33,456 nt of DNA, from NCBI GenBank assembly GCA_041586855.1, contig JBFGZI010000001.1, positions 1 to 33,456 of the forward strand. The letters are read 5' to 3'. Within the stretch, counting starts at the first letter, position 1. Each line of letters starts with the position of its first letter. The DNA comes from Oceanisphaera sp. Lineage in GTDB: Bacteria > Pseudomonadota > Gammaproteobacteria > Enterobacterales > Aeromonadaceae. Under the pieces are notes generated by a model. It made no database searches. It saw only the letters and a list, made by a program, of their open reading frames with translations, and was not told the origin of the DNA. The translations under genes and the position numbers were made by a program. Shown here in pieces: positions 31,613-33,456 of the stretch.

Positions 31613-31635
31613 AAAAAGGGCGCCGAGAGGCGCCC
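31613..31635 (-). terminator. Minus-strand intrinsic terminator
   Basis: Minus strand reads GGGCGCC-TCTC-GGCGCCC-TTTTT, downstream of the 29-aa ORF. Confidence 0.65.
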
Positions 31636-31741
31636 AATGGGATCGTGCTTGCTATTCATACACTCATTCATACTACTTGTCAGTTCGCAGACACTGGCTC
31701 CTGTGCCTGCGAGCCGGTTGGCCTTTCGGCCGACGTTGGAG

Positions 31742-31831
31742 TCAATCCTGGTTCTTGCGCTTGTCGCGCTTCTCCTGACGTTTTTCTTTCAGGGATTTTT
31801 CCGCTTTCTTTTTTACGTTTTCCTTACTCAT
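31742..31831 (-). CDS. Small basic protein MSKENVKKKAEKSLKEKRQEKRDKRKNQD (29 aa)
   Basis: Translated by hand (absent from the ORF track). AAGGAG Shine-Dalgarno 7 nt before the ATG; terminator downstream. Confidence 0.7.
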   Translation of the reverse strand: MSKENVKKKAEKSLKEKRQEKRDKRKNQD

Positions 31832-32352
31832 GATCAAGCTCCTTGATGACCGGCCGTCGGAAAAGTGCCGCTTTCTTTTCTCGCTGGCTTACAAAATCGA
31901 CTTTTTCACAAGCTCGAGTTGAATAGACTCAAGCTACACCAATTTAAAGATAGTCACGGCAGGCTGAACACTTCAAGGCTGCATCTCCTTATGATGTACT
32001 GGTCAGGCAATACGAACTAAAGATGGGTGCAGGCCGGATGCTACAAGCAACATCCGGCTTAAGCCGGGCAAAAGGGTGCAGGGCTCGGAAAATTGTTTTG
32101 ATACTTATACATAAAACCCTCTTTGAGTGTGCGCTTATGTAAGTAGTGAAAATTCCAAGTAACTAAAAAATATATAAAAAAGCAGTATCAATACCCTAGC
32201 CCAAGCCCTTGTGGAAAGCAACGCCCAGTCAGGATTTATCAATCAAGGTAGTGATACTTGACGCAGCCCTTGCCGTGTCTGATATCTGCCAGATAGCCGC
32301 CGGCTCGGCTGTCTGCTAACGTTGTCAGACTTGTGATCATCAGGAGTCAAAC

Positions 32353-32511
32353 ATGGATTTTATTCGCATCATCATCGCCATCCTGTTGCCGCCGCTGGGT
32401 GTATTTCTGCAGGTCGGGATCGGCAAGCATTTCTGGATCAACATTCTGCTGACCTTGCTGGGTTATATCCCCGGTATAGTGCACGCGGTGTGGGTGATCG
32501 CCAAGAAATGA
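32353..32511 (+). CDS. yqaE: YqaE/Pmp3-family small membrane protein (52 aa)
   Basis: Hand translation MDFIRIIIAILLPPLGVFLQVGIGKHFWINILLTLLGYIPGIVHAVWVIAKK; AGGAG RBS; absent from the ORF track. Confidence 0.93.
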   Translation: MDFIRIIIAILLPPLGVFLQVGIGKHFWINILLTLLGYIPGIVHAVWVIAKK

Positions 32512-32542
32512 GCCTGTCGATATACGTAGCAGGCGTCGCAGC

Positions 32543-32905
32543 ATGAGCGGCGGCAATGCCCTGGCGGACAGGCATTCGGCCACCATCAGGCGGCTGGATC
32601 GTTTCGCCTGGTTGCTGGACAGCGCTGTCAGGCTGCCTGGCGGTTTCAGAATAGGGTTGGACGGCATTATCGGGCTGGTGCCCGGTCTGGGCGATCTGGC
32701 CGCCGCCGGCTTGTCGTCTTATATCATTCTGGAAGCCGCCCGCATGAAGCTGCCGGGCAGGGTGCTGGTGCGCATGGGGCTGAATGTGCTGCTGGAGCTG
32801 GTGGTCGGCATTATCCCCATCTTCGGCGATCTGTTCGATTTCGCCTTCAAGGCCAATCGACGCAATGTTCGGCTATTGAACGAGTATTTAGGTAAAAGCA
32901 GGTGA
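32543..32905 (+). CDS. DUF4112-like membrane protein
   Basis: LLDSAVRLPGGFRIGLDGIIGLVPGLGD...IPIFGDLFDFAFKANRRN. Confidence 0.8.
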   Translation: MSGGNALADRHSATIRRLDRFAWLLDSAVRLPGGFRIGLDGIIGLVPGLGDLAAAGLSSYIILEAARMKLPGRVLVRMGLNVLLELVVGIIPIFGDLFDFAFKANRRNVRLLNEYLGKSR

Positions 32906-32929
32906 ACAGTGAAGGGTAAATGGTGAAGA
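32902..32929 (+). repeat. Degenerate heptamer array GTGAACA GTGAAGG GTAAATG GTGAAGA
   Basis: The first unit contains the TGA stop of the DUF4112-like gene. Confidence 0.6.
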
Positions 32930-33020
32930 GAACAACATAACAAACCTGAAACTTACTTTGGCCACGGAATACACGGACGAAATACCAGAGACTGTGAACG
33001 CAAGGTGTTTAGATTGTTAC

Positions 33021-33055
33021 GCCTCACGCCTCACGCCTCACGCCTCACGCCTCAC
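33021..33055. repeat. Perfect tandem heptamer (GCCTCAC)x5
   Basis: Same unit as 1063-1167; starts 4 nt after the yfaE stop on the minus strand. Confidence 0.95.
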
Positions 33056-33059
33056 AGCG

Positions 33060-33332
33060 TTAAGCCTGTTTCTTGACCGGTTCGGCATCGAGATCCAGGA
33101 TGACGTCGCCTTTTGGCCGACAGCAGCAGGGCAGGATCTCACCGGCGGCAACGAAGGCCAGCGGGGTTTGCTGGTAGCTGACCGAGCCCTCGAGCAGGGG
33201 GGTACGGCAAGAGCCGCAGTAACCACTGCGGCACTGATATTCCACCGCATGACCGGTGCGCTCCAGCCCTTCGAGCAGGGTTTCACCTGCCCGAAGTTCA
33301 AAGTTCAGCGCTCGGGTGCAGACGCGGCTCAC
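33060..33332 (-). CDS. yfaE: 2Fe-2S ferredoxin, class Ia RNR maintenance protein YfaE
   Basis: [13 protein letters not shown]...ILPCCC; GTG start overlaps the nrdB stop. Confidence 0.92.
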   Translation of the reverse strand: MSRVCTRALNFELRAGETLLEGLERTGHAVEYQCRSGYCGSCRTPLLEGSVSYQQTPLAFVAAGEILPCCCRPKGDVILDLDAEPVKKQA

Positions 33333-33456
33333 AGCTCGAAGTCACCCAGATCGTCGTGGTTCATCTGAGAATCAATCTGGCCGACCAGATAGGAGCTGAC
33401 TTCCACTTCCTGCGGGGCCACCTGTACATTGTCGGACGACAGCCAGGCATTGATCC
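33329..33456 (-). CDS. nrdB: Class Ia ribonucleotide reductase beta subunit, C-terminal fragment (truncated by window edge)
   Basis: Minus strand reads [40 protein letters not shown], the NrdB C-terminal tail. Confidence 0.93.
   Translation of the reverse strand, partial: INAWLSSDNVQVAPQEVEVSSYLVGQIDSQMNHDDLGDFEL

Noticed and set aside
31487-31846. Plus-strand ORFs 31487-31846, 31551-31778 and 31645-31833
   Set aside because: No convincing RBS; their hydrophobicity is the antisense image of the Lys-rich minus-strand ORF.
31940-32060. Possible integrase C-terminal remnant and enterobacterial REP-like hairpin GCCGGATG...CATCCGGC (32033-32058)
   Set aside because: No catalytic tyrosine-recombinase motif is readable; the hairpin is single-copy here and only loosely REP-like.
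32347-32667. Minus-strand 106-aa ORF
   Set aside because: Antisense to the well-supported yqaE and DUF4112-like genes.

Overview
Mostly core chromosome of a moderately GC-rich gammaproteobacterium; protein style and gene order suggest Aeromonadaceae such as Oceanisphaera/Zobellella/Oceanimonas (inference). Order: 3' end of lolE, two tandem DUF2062-like genes (minus), comEC-msbA-lpxK-ycaR-kdsB, fbp, gltA (minus), sdhCDAB-sucABCD, a YbaK-family deacylase and xseA (minus), guaBA. After guaA lies an apparently acquired block (RND adaptor, RND transporter and TetR, with a near-perfect palindromic operator), an unannotated 29-aa Lys/Arg-rich ORF, yqaE (Pmp3), a DUF4112-like gene, yfaE ferredoxin and the 3' end of nrdB. 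The most unusual signals are non-coding: oriented heptamer arrays (GTGAGGC-type) starting at stop codons in convergent spacers, two REP/REPIN-like doublets whose hairpins show compensatory changes, and an AT-shifted guaA tail consistent with past island integration. No integrase, transposase, CRISPR array, rRNA or tRNA was seen.
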